Assembly: GCA_973895155.1 (NCBI GenBank)
Contig: OZ316893.1
Span: forward strand, 5,222,171-5,286,170
Source of the DNA: Marsupella aquatica
Taxonomy: Eukaryota > Plantae > Marchantiophyta
Direction: 5' to 3'
DNA: 64,000 bases
A model generated the notes under the pieces. The model searched no databases and was not told where the DNA came from. It saw only the letters and a list, made by a program, of their open reading frames with translations. The position numbers and the translations under genes are program-made. Below, piece after piece: positions 50,225-64,000 of the stretch; position 1 is the stretch's first letter, and each line of letters opens with the position of its first letter.

Positions 50225-53200
50225 ATGTTCGTGGGCTCTGCCCTAGCTCTACCTAGCATTATGGGGAGTTCTGTAGGGGTGGCATGGGCCACTATCATAT
50301 TTTTTGTGGCTGCTTTCGATGCCGTTGCTGCGGTCGACATTTCTCCTCCCGTCATACTGTTGTCGGCAAATGAGACCTCGGCGTTATACAGACTTAAATA
50401 TACCATACAGGTAGACGATTCTATATGGCCTCCTGCCAGTGATCCATGCTCGAGTTGGGCGGGAGTGAGCTGTGATAACAACGGGCATGTTGTGGGGCTC
50501 AGTCTTTCGGGAATCAAGCATATTGGGAATGGGAGCCAGCCTGCTGTATACCTTTTGGACTCCGTGCAGGAACTGCCAGCTTTGAAAGTACTCAATGTGA
50601 CCGATTTTGCCGCACCGGGGTACATGCCAACTTGGTTCGGTAATCTCAGCTCGCTAGAGAGCCTCCTCATTTCTAATTCTTCCTTGAATGGCACCATTCC
50701 GCCTTCACTTGGACAACTATACCGTCTTCAAACACTTTCGTTGATGCAGAATGGTCTTGTGGGAAACGTCCCTGAGATGTTCTATGGACTCGTGAATCTG
50801 ACAGCTCTGGATTTATCATCGAACTTCTTGCGGGGCACCCTCCCCAACTCCTTGTGGAAGCTATCCAACCTCGAAGTTCTGGATCTGTCCAGCAACTATC
50901 TGTATGGACCAATTCCCGGGAACTTGTCAAAGCTAGGAAATTTGCGTAAGCTTTCTCTATCGAGAAACTTCTTTAGTGGAAACATTCCGGTTGAGGTTGG
51001 GAGCCTGTTTCAGTTAACTGACATCGATCTGACTTGGAACAATTTTTCTGGTTCAATCCCTCCGCAGCTTGGCAATCTCACGAATCTTGCGGGGCTGAGT
51101 CTTGCGAATAATATTCTCAGTGGCATGATCCTTCCGGAGCTGACTCTGTGCTCTGAGCTCCGAGTCCTTAGTTTAGCCAACAACCAGCTCGAAGGTAATC
51201 TTCCTCTATCGTTTGGGTCTTTGGTCCACCTCGTCACCATTAATTTTTCCACGAATGTCCTCACAGGGCCATTGCCGCCAGGCTGGGACGGTTTGCAGCT
51301 CCTTGCAAGCGCAGACATGTCCCACAATGCATTCTACGGTCCTTTGCCGTCTGATCTTCTTTCCCTGCCAAACCTGTCTATGCTCAATGTGTCGGATAAT
51401 TTTTTCAACGAGTCAGTGCCCAACGCATTGCCTAACAACACCATAATCAAGAAGAACTGCTTGGAAAATGTACCGAAGCAGCACCTCCTTCGTTCTTGTG
51501 CTAAGTTCTATTCCGGTTTGGGGGTTCCGGTTCCTGCTGCTGTGCCAGTCTTCAGTCCGGCACCCTTGGGCTTAGGCGGCGGTCTTCCACATCCTTCAGC
51601 TACACCCCCTACTTCTCAGGGTGGACATTCCTCCGAGAAGGACGAGAAGCTTTTGGTGCCCCTCTTTGCAGGTGTTGGAGGCAGCTTGGGCTTGATTCTG
51701 GTGATAGGCGTGTTTGTGTTCTGTGTGCACAAGATGGAGAGGAAGGACTCGGCTCAGACTAGAGCTGTCAATGGAGATGCAGGGTTTGGTACAGGAGGCG
51801 TTGGCATTATCGTGAGCAGATTGGGGGAGCCTTTCACCTATGCGCAACTTCAGCAGGCAACCAAAAAATTTCACTCCTCTAACATGATCACCAGTGGCCA
51901 ATCTGGTGATTTATACAAGGGGTTACTAGACAGAGGGCAAACTGTGGTCATAAAGAGGATAGACGCCACAAAATTTCGCAAAGACTCGTATGTGCCTGAG
52001 CTCGAGGTTTACGGCAAAGCAGATCATTCGCGATTAGTCTCGCTCCTTGGATATTGTCTGGAGCGAGAGGACGAGAAGCTCTTAGTGTACAAGTTTATGC
52101 CCAATGGGGACCTTGCTTCCGCTTTGCATACGAAAGGCAGTCCAGGGCCTGGAGACGTGTTAAGGTCGTTGGATTGGATCACGAGGCTCAAGGTCGCTAT
52201 TGGCGCAGCTGAGGCATTAGCATATTTGCACCACGAGTGCGTGCCACCCCTGGTACACAGGTATGCTTCACAACAAATACCGCTAAAAACTATCAGAATT
52301 CAGATGGTGATATCAAGTGTGGTGGCAGTTTTGAAACAATGCATGTGAAGCAAGTTGCTCGAACTGCCTTCTCCGTGCTCGTTCGAGTCTCGGTTACACT
52401 CTTGTTTCCATGGGTTGAATTGTGCTGTATCGCCTGCGTGAACATGTTCTAGCCAGCTCGTCGAATCTCAATCATTCGTGGTCCAAGTTTATCCCGAGCT
52501 CGTGACCCGTGAGTCACCGTACCAATCTGTTTCCGTGCTAAAACATGAATGAAATCACTTTAACTATTGATCTTCCGCCCTGATAACGCACTTTCGCGTC
52601 GTAACAATTTATTGCCGGTGAGAGCATTCCCGTGCCGCGGGCCCGGAGGAAGCGGATTTGATAGGGTGATTCATGTGCATCGTCCAATAAATATTGATTT
52701 TCAGTCGGTCCCTCGTGTTATCACGGTTGTTCAATGTCATTAGCATGTTCTCCGCAGTTTGCGTCTAATCATTTTGTGTGCTGACTTCCATCACTTTACC
52801 CCGGAATTCACTCGGTCAAACGATATTCGCTGTTGGTGTTCTTCATATTGTGCTGATTTTGATCATTATTTTTTTCAGAGATATTAAAGCGAGTAGTATT
52901 CTACTCGATGACAAATTCGAGGTAAAACTCGGGAGTTTGAGCGAAGTAAGGTGTCAAGACGGAGAGTCTCATCCGGGACTAATTCGTCGACTTCTAGGAC
53001 TCTCACAGTAAGCCAGGCCAACACCTACTTCTGTGTAGATCGAAGTTTACTCCAGTACTCTGCATACCAGAGGCTTGATATGTCTCTAATCTCGAAGTTG
53101 AAACTCTCAAAGCAGTGGCTGTATTTTCGATTAGCTTGACTACAGAGAACTGACTTGGTTGCCATTGCTTCCGGTTGTCTTTCAAACAGGTCGTCAGATC

Positions 53201-54119
53201 AGGGACTACGTGATGCAGGTGCCCTATCCTTTCTTTCCTGTTCTATCTTTACTGTAGATATGCTTGTCTATCGTAACGCCCGCCAGTGGCAAATCTAGGG
53301 AGCTTTGGTCATCCTGCATTCGATTATGACATCGTTGGTTAGTTTAAGGGTCATCCCGTCATGTTTGAGTTCAGTAGTTAGCCTGCGAGCAGATGGAAAT
53401 ACACTCGTAAACGATCTCCCATGGTTCACCTTCATTGAGAGTTTACCGACCATCGAGTTGTAGATTCACCTATTTCCCCCTTCCAGTTGAAAACTTGCAT
53501 TACCTAACTCAGACCTGGTCTTTGCTCTTGTTGTCTATGGAATACAGGACAAGCGGTGGCATCGTGTGCGCAGGACGTGTACAATTACGGCAAAGTTCTT
53601 TTAGAGCTGGTCTCGGGCAAACTGGGGATTAGTGGCGCATCGGATCCTCGAACAGATGCTTGGCTAGAGTGGGCAGTACCGCTAATCGATCCCCATGATA
53701 AGGAGTCTCTTCCCAAGCTAGTTGATCCATCTCTCATAGTGGATGAAGATCTGCTGGAAGAAGTGTGGGCTGTAGCAATTATTGCAAAAGCTTGTTTGAA
53801 TCCCAAATCCCAGAAGCGGCCGAGTATGCGCCACGTCCAAAAGGCTTTGGAGAATCCTCACAAAGTAGTTCGTCAAGACTTCCAGTTCGGTGAGGCCCTG
53901 GCCACGAGGACTTCTTCTCACAGCTCTTGGAACGAAGCCTTGTTTGGAAGCTGGAGACATTCATCAGTCATCCCCGGCACTCTTCGGGAGGAGTATTCCA
54001 TGAAGGTTGGTGGAATCGGTGGTTGCCGGGGGGAGTATTCTCAATCGCATGCGCGGCGAGGATCCAGCGACATTGCCCCTGAACCTATCTCGGAACACGA
54101 CCACCCTCGCTCCAGATGA
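50225..54119 (+). CDS. LRR receptor-like kinase, At2g16250-like (LRR-XIV), atypical kinase domain; 4 exons, ~909-921 aa
   Basis: Signal peptide, LRRNT (PCSSWAGVSC), ~12 LRRs, TM helix and kinase. Exons 50225 (or 50261)-52260, 52879-53007, 53190-53218 and 53548-54119 are GT-AG and in frame. Family-typical VHRDIKASSILLDDKFEVKLGSLSE and DVYNYGKVLLELVSGKLGIS. Confidence 0.93.
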
Positions 54120-57100
54120 CTAAGGAGGACTTCCAATCGGTGAACCACATTGGAACACTGTCGTCCGAGGTTCTGAATCACTACAGCCACAGACAGACGA
54201 GGGGGGCAGGCATGACGATTCATGCTTTGAATGTCTACTTGTTCTCTCTTCAAGAGCCCTCCTGACAAGGCACCCTAGCTATGTAGCGGGTACTTTGAAC
54301 AGACGAGAGCAGGCAGCCGCCCAGGGAGCACAAATTGTACAATAGGGTTCCAAGTAAGTAGAGCTACCGGTAGTGCAGTTTCGGTAGAGCGACGCCTTAA
54401 TATCAGTGGGAGACCAATTAAAATGGTAGCCGGAGGTGCTGTCGACACGACGTATATTCTTAATGGCCTGCTCCGAAACTTTTTGGACGAAAGCTTGTCC
54501 GGTTCTCATTTTTAAGGTGTTCAAGTAGGCAAGCTGAAAGGCGTAGTAGATACATCATCATGCAGAAAAGGTTAATGAACATCTAGGCCTGCAGGGCGGG
54601 CCGAGGTCACACATCAAGACGTACCTCCACATTGAAGCGCTGCATCTACGGTGCATCAGAAGATTCATCATGCTCTCGTTTTTTGTCTGATTAATTCTTA
54701 ATCCCGAGATGCAACATCCTAAAGCATTAGTTTATCTTAACGCGTCCTCAAACCACATTTCTATTTGAATCTTTCGTATCGCCGTCGTACAGTCGGCATG
54801 AACCACAGATGTGTCCACCTTGGGCACTTAGGATTGTCCTATTCAGGAAAGGTGTCTGGGAGTATCGTTCGTTCTGGATTCTGTGATGGCCTTCCCCGAC
54901 TGTGTTTTGTTGGCCCAAGTATTGAAAGCGCCTACAGGTCAGACGTTAACGTTCGGTTGATTTGTATAGTGTCCCAGGAAAGGAGTTTTTACTTAGCCAA
55001 AACCTATGTACGATATTGGATGTCTGGTCTAGAGGAAGTTAGGGACATATCCGCCGCCGATCAGCTCCTGGATTGTGTGTGTTCAGGGTTCCTTTGGGAA
55101 AGTTCGGACACCAAAAGAATTGTGGTCCTGTCCTGTCGTAGAAGATGCACTCATTTCATTGCTTCCCTTACAAGTGTGGTTTTTCCGCTATTCATTAAAA
55201 AAGGTCGTTCAAGTTCCCCTCGATCTTTGTACAGGACGTACGGGAACAGTACCGCATAAATAACGTGCCCAACTTCTCGTATAGACTTCAAATATAATCT
55301 CCATGGGAATCTAATTCTTTGACCCGATTAACCGACCTCGATACGTTCGTCACACTTTTAGGATAACTCGTGAGTTGCTCCCCGAAGAATGCTAGCGCAG
55401 TGAAATTGAAAATCTCCAGAACTGATAGCACAGTAAAGACTTGCGTTAACAATCTTTCTGAATCTCAACAGGTGGGGAACTTCAGAACTCGAGATGGCCA
55501 ACGCATGCGGAGTAGCGGACAGTATACCCGTAGCGTGACGTACTACAGAATTGGAGAAATAGAATTGGTCGGGTCTTGCGTACAGTAGAGAACCCCGAGG
55601 GCACCCGAGTGATGCACTGGACAGGCAGACAAGTTAATAACGTATGGGGGAGATTGCCAAAGAGTATCAATACGTGAACGAAATGATAACGAGGGAATCT
55701 CAATTAACAAGGGAGCTGAGTAGCATGTGATTGCCTAAGAATAGTTGACCTGAAACCGTGGCTACGGAGACGCTTGTAAGAGTGCATTAAAGAGAGTACC
55801 AGCGAAGAGGTAGACCTGCGTTAAATGAAGGTTGGCACAATAATATCCACATTGAATAATAATTCTAGCGGACACAACCTCCAATGGCCCCCTTTCTCTC
55901 TCACTGGAAGCCAACCTGGGCTTTCTGACAATGAGAGTGCACTGTACTGGAATTGGCTACCTATAGACGTACGGTTCTGCCTACCTACCTAGCAAAACGA
56001 GCAAGGGTTACGACGGCTATGGCTCGCAAGGAGAAGAACTGAAAGGATGGTGGGTACCAAGCTTAATGGCCGTTTATGATGATGTAAGTGAATCCCCGGT
56101 ACCAGGCTGTCGTATTAATCTCTCTCTGGACCTGCACTTAATTGTCTCCTCATCTTCTGCCTCAGAGCATATGCACATTTAAATCTCCTGTGCCCTATCT
56201 GATTTCCGCCCCTGCTGAAAAACTTCCCTCCAGATCTCTCACCCGGCACATTGCTCGCTGCCTCCTTCCGCCAGACTGATCAGATTCTGCAAAAGATGCA
56301 GGGTGGGGGATCCGTGAGCTGCCGGCCACTTTATACGCCTGCACACTTTGAAGCCGTGGTCCAAAGATTGAAAAGGATAGCCAGCGGTACAGTACAGCAC
56401 TTTAAAGCCTTTACACGAACCACACTGACCCTATCATAAGCTCGTATGTATCGTCAATCCTGGGCGATCGACGGTCGAGCTTAAATTCTCGATCGCTTAG
56501 TTTGTTTTCTCCTTCTAACAGGTTCCCCCATTCCGTAGATTATGAAATCGCAACGGTAATGAGCTACTATTAGCCACAAGGCGAAGGCACGTGTGGATCC
56601 AACGATTGGGAATGGAAAATTGTAGCAGTTGATCTGTATGTCGATGCACTGAGTCGATTGCACTCCTATAGTGTTACGTGCTTTGGTTCTGCTCTACATA
56701 CGATAGAACTTGCGGATCACCTCGACAGTAATCTTTCTGAAAAGCGATGATAAACATCGAAATGTTGCCACTGTTTGATTAGAGTAGTGTGGTTGCAACT
56801 GACTGAAAAGTCTCGAAAGTTGGAGTCACTCTGCCGTTGACAACTGAAAGGTATCTTCAGAAAGTCGACTGTTCCCATAAGCATGGCCATTTGAGTAGTG
56901 GCAATGCGATATTGAGATATGGAAGTTCACAGTAATTTCTTTTGCCTTGACCTCGACTCTTCAGGCATTCCATTCACAGAACACAGTAGGTAATTGCGTC
57001 GGCATCCTGCGAGGGGGACAATGCCCCTTGATGACCAATATGACAATATCTCAAAATCATGAGATCTAATTCATAGTGAAATCAGGATGCGCTTAGACAC

Positions 57101-58502
57101 TCAACTCCCAGACCAATGCAAGATAGAGCTGTGACTCCTTTCTGCGTTGGTAGGAGTAGAACGAAACTGAGGACAAACTGAGGACAAACTCAGATAAAGC
57201 TTACTGCCGACTCGGGATACGTGGATCTCGGATTTACAAAATTTACGTCCCGGTATCTCGGAACCTTAATTAGAAATCTGCACCTTGAGACATTATTCTC
57301 AGGTGCGTCAGGTTTGGATCATTGCCTCCCGCGCCGAGTGTGAAAGTTAACAGTAGTTTCTGAGAGACCGAGAGCAACTGTTGAGAAATACGCGTAAGAC
57401 TTAGCAAGTACGTCAATCATTTTCACACGGAACTTACCCTTTCAAATGTCCACCTCTTCTGTCACAACAGGAATGAAACATGCCAAAGTGCGCTGCTAAT
57501 TAATTGAGAGGCAACTTACTGTAGCTGGAGGAGCTTAGCTGCAGTAATCAACGGCCAAAAGCAAAAAAGACACCGGTGCGAAAGATAAGTCAATCCGTTC
57601 CTGCCATTCGATTATGATTGCCAGTGAACGAGGCCGCAATGGTAGATATACTGTAGATGAGAACGTCAGGACTCCCAGAAGGCCAGAAGGAACCCGTGGA
57701 GGCCAGAATGGAGAGACACACGACCGACACACAACCGTAGGCGAAGTTCAGTACATCCTGCCAGAGTGGGGGGGGGGGGGGCAAGAGTTTACTCTTGTTA
57801 CTCAGGATTGGTGAGGACTTCCTATTCATTTCTTGAATGTTTTTTGGGAACTGTAAACCCCTTTCTGTAACCCCTGGCCATTTGTCTAAACGGTTTCTCG
57901 AAATCCAGACCTTTCGTTTCTGTTGTTTCTGTATGTTCCGGGAACTGTACTTCCCGTTGAATTTCTCAGTCGACAAACGAAGGTCGTACATCTTATGTTG
58001 TGAGTGGGATGTACAGTCCCGACGTGCTTTTGTCACTCCCCCACTTCTCATTGAAGTGTGTGGCAGCATATCTGAGTTACCTTGCCAGCTTTAATCGAGA
58101 TCGTTGAATTCTCGAAGGTGCACTTCTTGAGTGCTTCCGACGGATTTATTATGGACATCGCTTGTGCAATCATAAGTGGTCTACAAGTCATCTCCACTGC
58201 GTAGCTTACATCTAAGAAGTGGAGATCAGCACTCTAGTGTCCTACGAGGTGTCCTATACCTATGGATAGGCGATCAGCACTCTAACGTGGCCCATCAGCC
58301 ATGGCCCACACAATTGGTAGGGGCTTGAACATTTTGCTAAACGGCACGATTAGAGAACGTTGTTGACAGTTTCTGCACGCAGAGTTGCCTCGTCCATAGT
58401 TGAGTGTTAACGGTCTGCCTTTGAGCATGCATTAAACCACCGTATGTGGAAGTTATACCCTAAGGACAGATCTATGAAAAAACTCTTCAGCTCGCATGAA
58501 AA

Positions 58503-58657
58503 GAGCAATTTGGTTCATGGGATACCAAAATGAAATTTGTTATTTGATAGGACCCCTGAGTGATCCAGACCCTTTACCTTGAATCCATGTACCCAAAACT
58601 TAGGGGTCCTATCAAGTGACGCAATTCATTTTGGGGTCCCATCAAGCAAATCCATCT
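58503..58657. mobile_element. 155-bp fold-back MITE with 9-bp TSD (Mutator-like)
   Basis: ~53-bp imperfect inverted arms (…CCAAAATGAA…TTGATAGGACCCCT / AGGGGTCCTATCAA…TTCATTTTGG…) flanked by GCATGAAAA at 58494-58502 and 58658-58666. Confidence 0.7.
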
Positions 58658-59702
58658 GCATGAAAACTAAATCACCCATAATAAAGAAACCCTTGTAGCT
58701 CACATGACAACACTAAATCTCGGAGGAAACCCTGAATCTATGGAAGCAAACCTGTTGTATGGCTTATCCACCTGACCTGCTCAGGACAGCAGTTTTTCAT
58801 AGGTGATTTTTTCCTAAACTTGCACTTATGATGGGTAATAATTCTCTGTAAGTTAATTAATTTGAAATTTGAGATAACCCTCTTACATTTTTCAAAACTC
58901 CTCTTTCTTTAGTTCAGATGAAGGCCTACCTTTAACTTTTAATTCCTGTTAGGAGCAATCAAATGTTTTTCATGCCACCAAAATTCTATAACAAAATCAA
59001 GCACTTACAACAGATTTGATCATTCTCAAAACCTCCTAAAGTCTACGTACTCATACACAACTGAGCAAGGAAACCACTTTCAAGATATGTGCGAAAGAAA
59101 GTGTAAATATAACCAAGCAAGAATTCAGGTTCAGTATAATAATACAGTATAAGTAGCGTCTTATGCCAGGCTATAGGAATAAAGTCCCCTCCATCTCACT
59201 TACTCTACTCCTTACCATAGGAATTTGAGAACGTACAAAACGTAATCTGACACAAAATACAAAGTTTATTTGTTTGGTATTACTTTTCCTTACACTTCAC
59301 GACTGATCTTGTTATTGAAACCTTTTGAATTTGTATTTTAATTCACCTCATAAAAACAGAATAAAGGTCCTTTTATTTTGCTACAAGAAAAACTAATTAA
59401 GTGTTTTCCGGGATGATCCTGTATGGACATGCTATAGCTATATGGCAAATTTATTATGACTTGCAACTTTTTGAGGGACATTTATTAACTCTGACATGTG
59501 CCTTATTGGGTTTACTGTTTTTGCAGGTTATGTGGAATTGAATTGAATTTTGCCCATTTCACTCATTTGGTTCACTTTCTAAAATTACTCCAGATCAGTA
59601 TATTTTCATTAAACTTCTCACTTAATTTATTTATTAAAAATGAATTATTATTTAATTTATGAACATTTGATGAATAAAATGTGTACATTTGGTTTTCAAA
59701 AA

Positions 59703-60150
59703 GTGTATATTTACGGACCCCATGAGAGTTCATTTCCAAAATTCCTGGCACCACAGTGTGCCATGTCAACAACAATTGCAACAAACAAGGCTCATCAGTA
59801 TTGTGAATCAAATTTATAGTTTTTATTCGTGTTGGTGTCAATTAGGGTGTAAATTTTGGGATGCCATGCCGTAAAAAGAAAAGTAAAAAATTAGAAATGC
59901 AAAGAGCAATCTGATGGTTAAAACTGTCACTGTCTATGTAACCGTTTTAGTTACGTATCCAATTTTAAAACTTAAATTCACAGATTTAAAAAGTATTTTT
60001 CATATAATAAATAATCACTAAGAACTAACTTGATAACTTCTTTGTTAAAGGGTAATTGGCACCTAGAGTAAGATTTTTGGCCCTTTGCAATTAAGTTAAG
60101 CTGTTAGACATGGTCCAAACTTGAACTCAATGAACTGATACAATTCATTT
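59703..60150 (-). repeat. Dispersed AT-rich repeat, copy 2 (inverted relative to 33570-34012)
   Basis: Collinear reverse-complement similarity over ~440 bp. Confidence 0.8.
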
Positions 60151-63100
60151 GATCAGACATTCATCTAATTTCAAATGGATTTGCCTCGGATTGAATTCTC
60201 TCTTAGCTTGAGAATTTGGTTGCATGTAACAAAAGGACATGATTTTGACAACTGCTTGTGATAACCATGCTGTGAACTCCCACTTGCAAAGCAAAGTGTG
60301 GCAGTTGAAGGAATGCCAAATTGCTCAAGCCATTGCTAAATGGGTCCACGTACAATGATTTTATGAGAAAATATAATCTAAACAATGCAAACTGTAAAAT
60401 CTATCCTACTTGTCCAACACAAGATGACTACCGGCTTCCCTTCCTAATCAAACTTCTCTCTTCTCTAAGCTTAAGCTCTGCCTTTCTCCATTTGGTGAAT
60501 AGTTGTGTCAAGGTGATGAGACTATTAACCTCTAATTTAAAACTTGCCAAAGTTGGATTGCAGTGAAATCTCCAGAATTCCCAATTATTTGAAAGTACAT
60601 TGACAAATCGGACGGCACATGTTCTACAAACATGACTCAGTTACTAGAAAGCTTAGGGTTTGTTGTTTGAGAAAAGCAAGGAGAAAAAGCAAACTGCTCA
60701 ATTAGCCAAGGGGGCCACGAACTAATTGGGCAAAAAACAAAGGTGATGGCCATTAGATGTCCTCCATATTCATCATTTGTAAATGAACTACAGTAGGATG
60801 AAATTACTTGAACTAGTAAAGATCCTAGCTTTTTGCCCCCTCAAGTTTACAAGTGATCATTTAAGTGTAGACTATTGTACTATAGTGTACATTTTGGGGT
60901 TAAAAAGTAACTTACGCCAGTTTCAGGGCCACTCTGTTGTATTCTCCCCCTCCGCAGCTGCTAATGCGGTGATTCAACATCTCCATTCTGTAGCTATCTG
61001 TTCTGAATCAGGAAAAAAAAAAGACAGCGTTTGTACTACGTTAAAAAATATGTATCGAGTCCTTTAGCCTACCGTTTTCCCAGTTAAACAATAAAAATAA
61101 AAATCTAGTCTTTCTTCTTATATTTTTATCTCCGATGTCCTGTTCATTCCCTCTCCCTCAGTATATTTCTATATAGTCTCAGTCTCCAATATGGACCTTC
61201 TTTGTAGTGCTGTTCCGTGCTCTGTAATAGTCTTGTTTCTCCCCTCATTCCACGACTCTCTATTATACAAGTCGCTTCCCTCCCACTCGTTCTCCTACCG
61301 CCCGCGCTGTTTGGCTGGATTATAGGCGGGGCTCTTTGTATTCGATTTCCTGGAATAAAGCGTGATCGGTTAAAGAAATTAAAATTAAAAAAATAATTAA
61401 AACTGGGAACAAACATACACTTGAGTACACCAACCAGAAATTGAAGTTCTTCTGGATACCCTCAGGACAGATTCTTTTGATTTTGAGTGCCTAAATGCTT
61501 AGTCCGGGACATGTATGAATGAATTGAATTGTCGTGTCGTTGACCCTCGATATGAAAGAGTGCAGAGTCTCGTTCAAGATGTAGAAACTGGGAAAGACTG
61601 ACATGGCAATAAGAGAGAGGTGGACAGATTGGTTCGATGGCAATTGCTTCAACATCGTCCGGATTAGATATTCGGCAAAAATTGGAGAGATACTAAGAAC
61701 TAAAGTACCTCGAGTGCCTCAAATCACACCGTTACAGGGTAGCTGGAAGGTTTAATTGAAGTACTTAAAGTCCTTTTAGATATGATGGACACTTGAGATT
61801 GTCTACGGGGTACAAATTTAGCAGTAACCTTTGTATGTCTTGTATCTACACATTGTGTATCTTGTATTGGTTGCATTCGCCGTTCGAGTGGCTTGAATTG
61901 TGATTGTCAAATTTTTGCACAAGTTTTCATAATATGAAGAAAATTAGCAGCCAGGTCAGCTAATCACTTACGAAATAATAAACCTCAATCACTGGCTTGT
62001 ACGAAGGTAAGCTCTTTGAAGGTTGACGTCGATCCTTCTTTGACGACGATGGTGATATGGAATTCTTTGGTTGGGTTTAGCTTGCCAGCATATGTACGTT
62101 ATCAGCCATGAACAGGTCCGCACTTGATTACGCAATGAAAGCAGAAAAAAAATAGATCGTTTTGCACAATCTGGCAGGAATCCATCTTGGGTTGCGATTT
62201 CCAGGATTCCATTACATGGACGAGCAAGCTTTCCATTGCCCATGGAGTTCCTTTCTCACGTTATCATTGACCAAAAGAAAGCACTTGTGTTTCACCGTTT
62301 CACAATGGCAAGCCGCAATCTTTTTTGTAAGAGAAATTTCCCTAAGAAGTGATGAGTATGAGTTGAGACCTGAGACGGCGTACAGTGAACCGAGTAAAAC
62401 TTGTTGAACTACTATTATTATATTTCATCTCAATTTTTTTTTCACAACTTTTGTCCACCATTGAGTCCCAACTGGGGCCTGAAATTAATTCCCTTCAAGT
62501 AAATTATGAATGTCCTATATCATTGCATTCCTCTCGAAGAGAAAACTTCGTTAGACGATACCAATAATATTTGTTGCGGCATGCAACAAATATAATCAGG
62601 TAACTCAGGTAACTCAAATATTTCATTTAATAAGCCAAAACCTGATTACTTCCTCTTACAAGTCACATTAAGTTCCAATCTCATAAGCTCAAGTAAGAAA
62701 TCAACTGGGCTTAGTTAATGCTTCCAAGAGCCAGCAGTTAAACCTATCTTTTCGATCAAGTCCGGGCTTCGGGGCTGGCGAGGGAGCATCTTTCTGTGGA
62801 AAATATCAAGATAGGAGAACGGAGAAAATTAGGTGGATTTTCTTTGCTGATCAGCTTGGCAATTGGCTGGATCATGTAGTCTGCATGCCCTGGGACTTGG
62901 CGCAGTGAAATAAAGTCTGCAAAGGAAGACTGGCTTCTTTCCTTTTGCTGACAACTCGTTGGCGATTACTTAATTGGTATATGCCTGCAAAACCAACGCC
63001 CACATTATCATTTGATGATAGGTACAGAAGTCTTCCTCGACGATAGAAGAAGTCAGACGTTCAATCCATCGGTTGAGCGTACTCTGGTTGCGAGTGAAAC

Positions 63101-64000
63101 GGAAAATCTCCCCATTGAAGTCGGGATTGAAAGCTGAGAAAACATCAATCAAAGTTCTTCTATGCTAAGCAGACGCGGATGTGGATTGGAGTTTCATTCG
63201 ACAGAGTAAAAAGTAAAATGAAATAGTTCAGACACGATTGTTTGCGCATCATGATTCCACCCTGTCTCCTGTCATGTTTCCCACCATTCTCTATCGGATG
63301 GTAGATGAGTTTTTGATATATTGTCAAAGCGTGACGTTCTCAAACCATGACAACTAGCGTGATCGAAGTTAATTATTTTGCGGACCAGCATTTTGCAAGC
63401 ATGAAGGACTTGGTATGCATGCATGAACTCTGCATCGCCTGCGTCTACAGTAACGCATCTGAGGCTCTCATATAGACTGTTGACCATCTCCAGTCAACGT
63501 GAATTTTCTCAATATCTCGAAGGATTTACTTTTTCCCAATTAACTGATGGACTCCTCCGCCGCAATCAGAGGTATGGATTAATTTGCAAGAACGAAGATT
63601 AGGCTGACATTCTGAACGTGGTGGACGTACTGTACTGCGTTCAGTACTCGAGGTCTCGCTCGAGTTCCCTTGCTAGGGAAGAGTAGCTTAGATCCATCGA
63701 GAAATTTATGCTATATATGATCGTCATTTACTTAGCAGCTTTACTTTTGAATACTTCATGATCCCGTTCATGATGTTGCTAATTCACCGCCTTACCTCTC
63801 CGGAACATATCGCCTAAAGATGCTAATTGAGTAATACCTACGGTCTGACGACGAATAAATATTCAAATCGAAAATAGTCTAGATAGTATAATGATGGATG
63901 TCCGAGATGAGACGTTTGCCGCATTGCCTGCAAAAGAAAAGTGCATGATGTCGATGTTATCCTTTTGTTTTTCTTTGAACTTGAACTTCAAAACTGAACG

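Noticed and set aside
54765-58094. ORFs of 159-164 aa downstream of the RLK
   Set aside because: No motifs, non-ATG or weak starts, composition typical of non-coding DNA.
61989-63487. Short ORFs near the window end
   Set aside because: Could be decayed exons, but no family or consistent splice model could be supported.

Overview
Eukaryotic nuclear DNA from a land plant, with intron-rich genes and GT-AG splicing; a bryophyte or liverwort source is plausible but is inference only. Four apparently intact host genes are present: a divergent two-exon S-adenosylmethionine synthetase (-), a 14-exon phytoene desaturase (+), a single-exon TSP9-like thylakoid phosphoprotein (+) and a 4-exon LRR receptor-like kinase of the At2g16250/LRR-XIV type with an atypical kinase domain (+). 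There is also a frameshifted 5' fragment of a CSLD gene. The mobile DNA comprises a Helitron whose Rep-helicase carries one nonsense codon, a second Helitron 3' end tail-to-tail with it, a 5'-truncated L1-like LINE with an 18-bp TSD, and MITE- and SINE-like repeats. Nested in the LINE is a 3.86-kb TG...CA element with a 5-bp TSD, no internal direct repeats and one long ORF broken only by nonsense codons. The two most unusual observations are (1) a collinear ~0.5-0.6 kb non-coding promoter/5'-leader module shared by the unrelated PDS and LRR-RLK genes 31.6 kb apart, and (2) the solo-LTR-like element carrying a ~775-codon ORF. All family assignments rest on motifs read by eye; no database searches were run.
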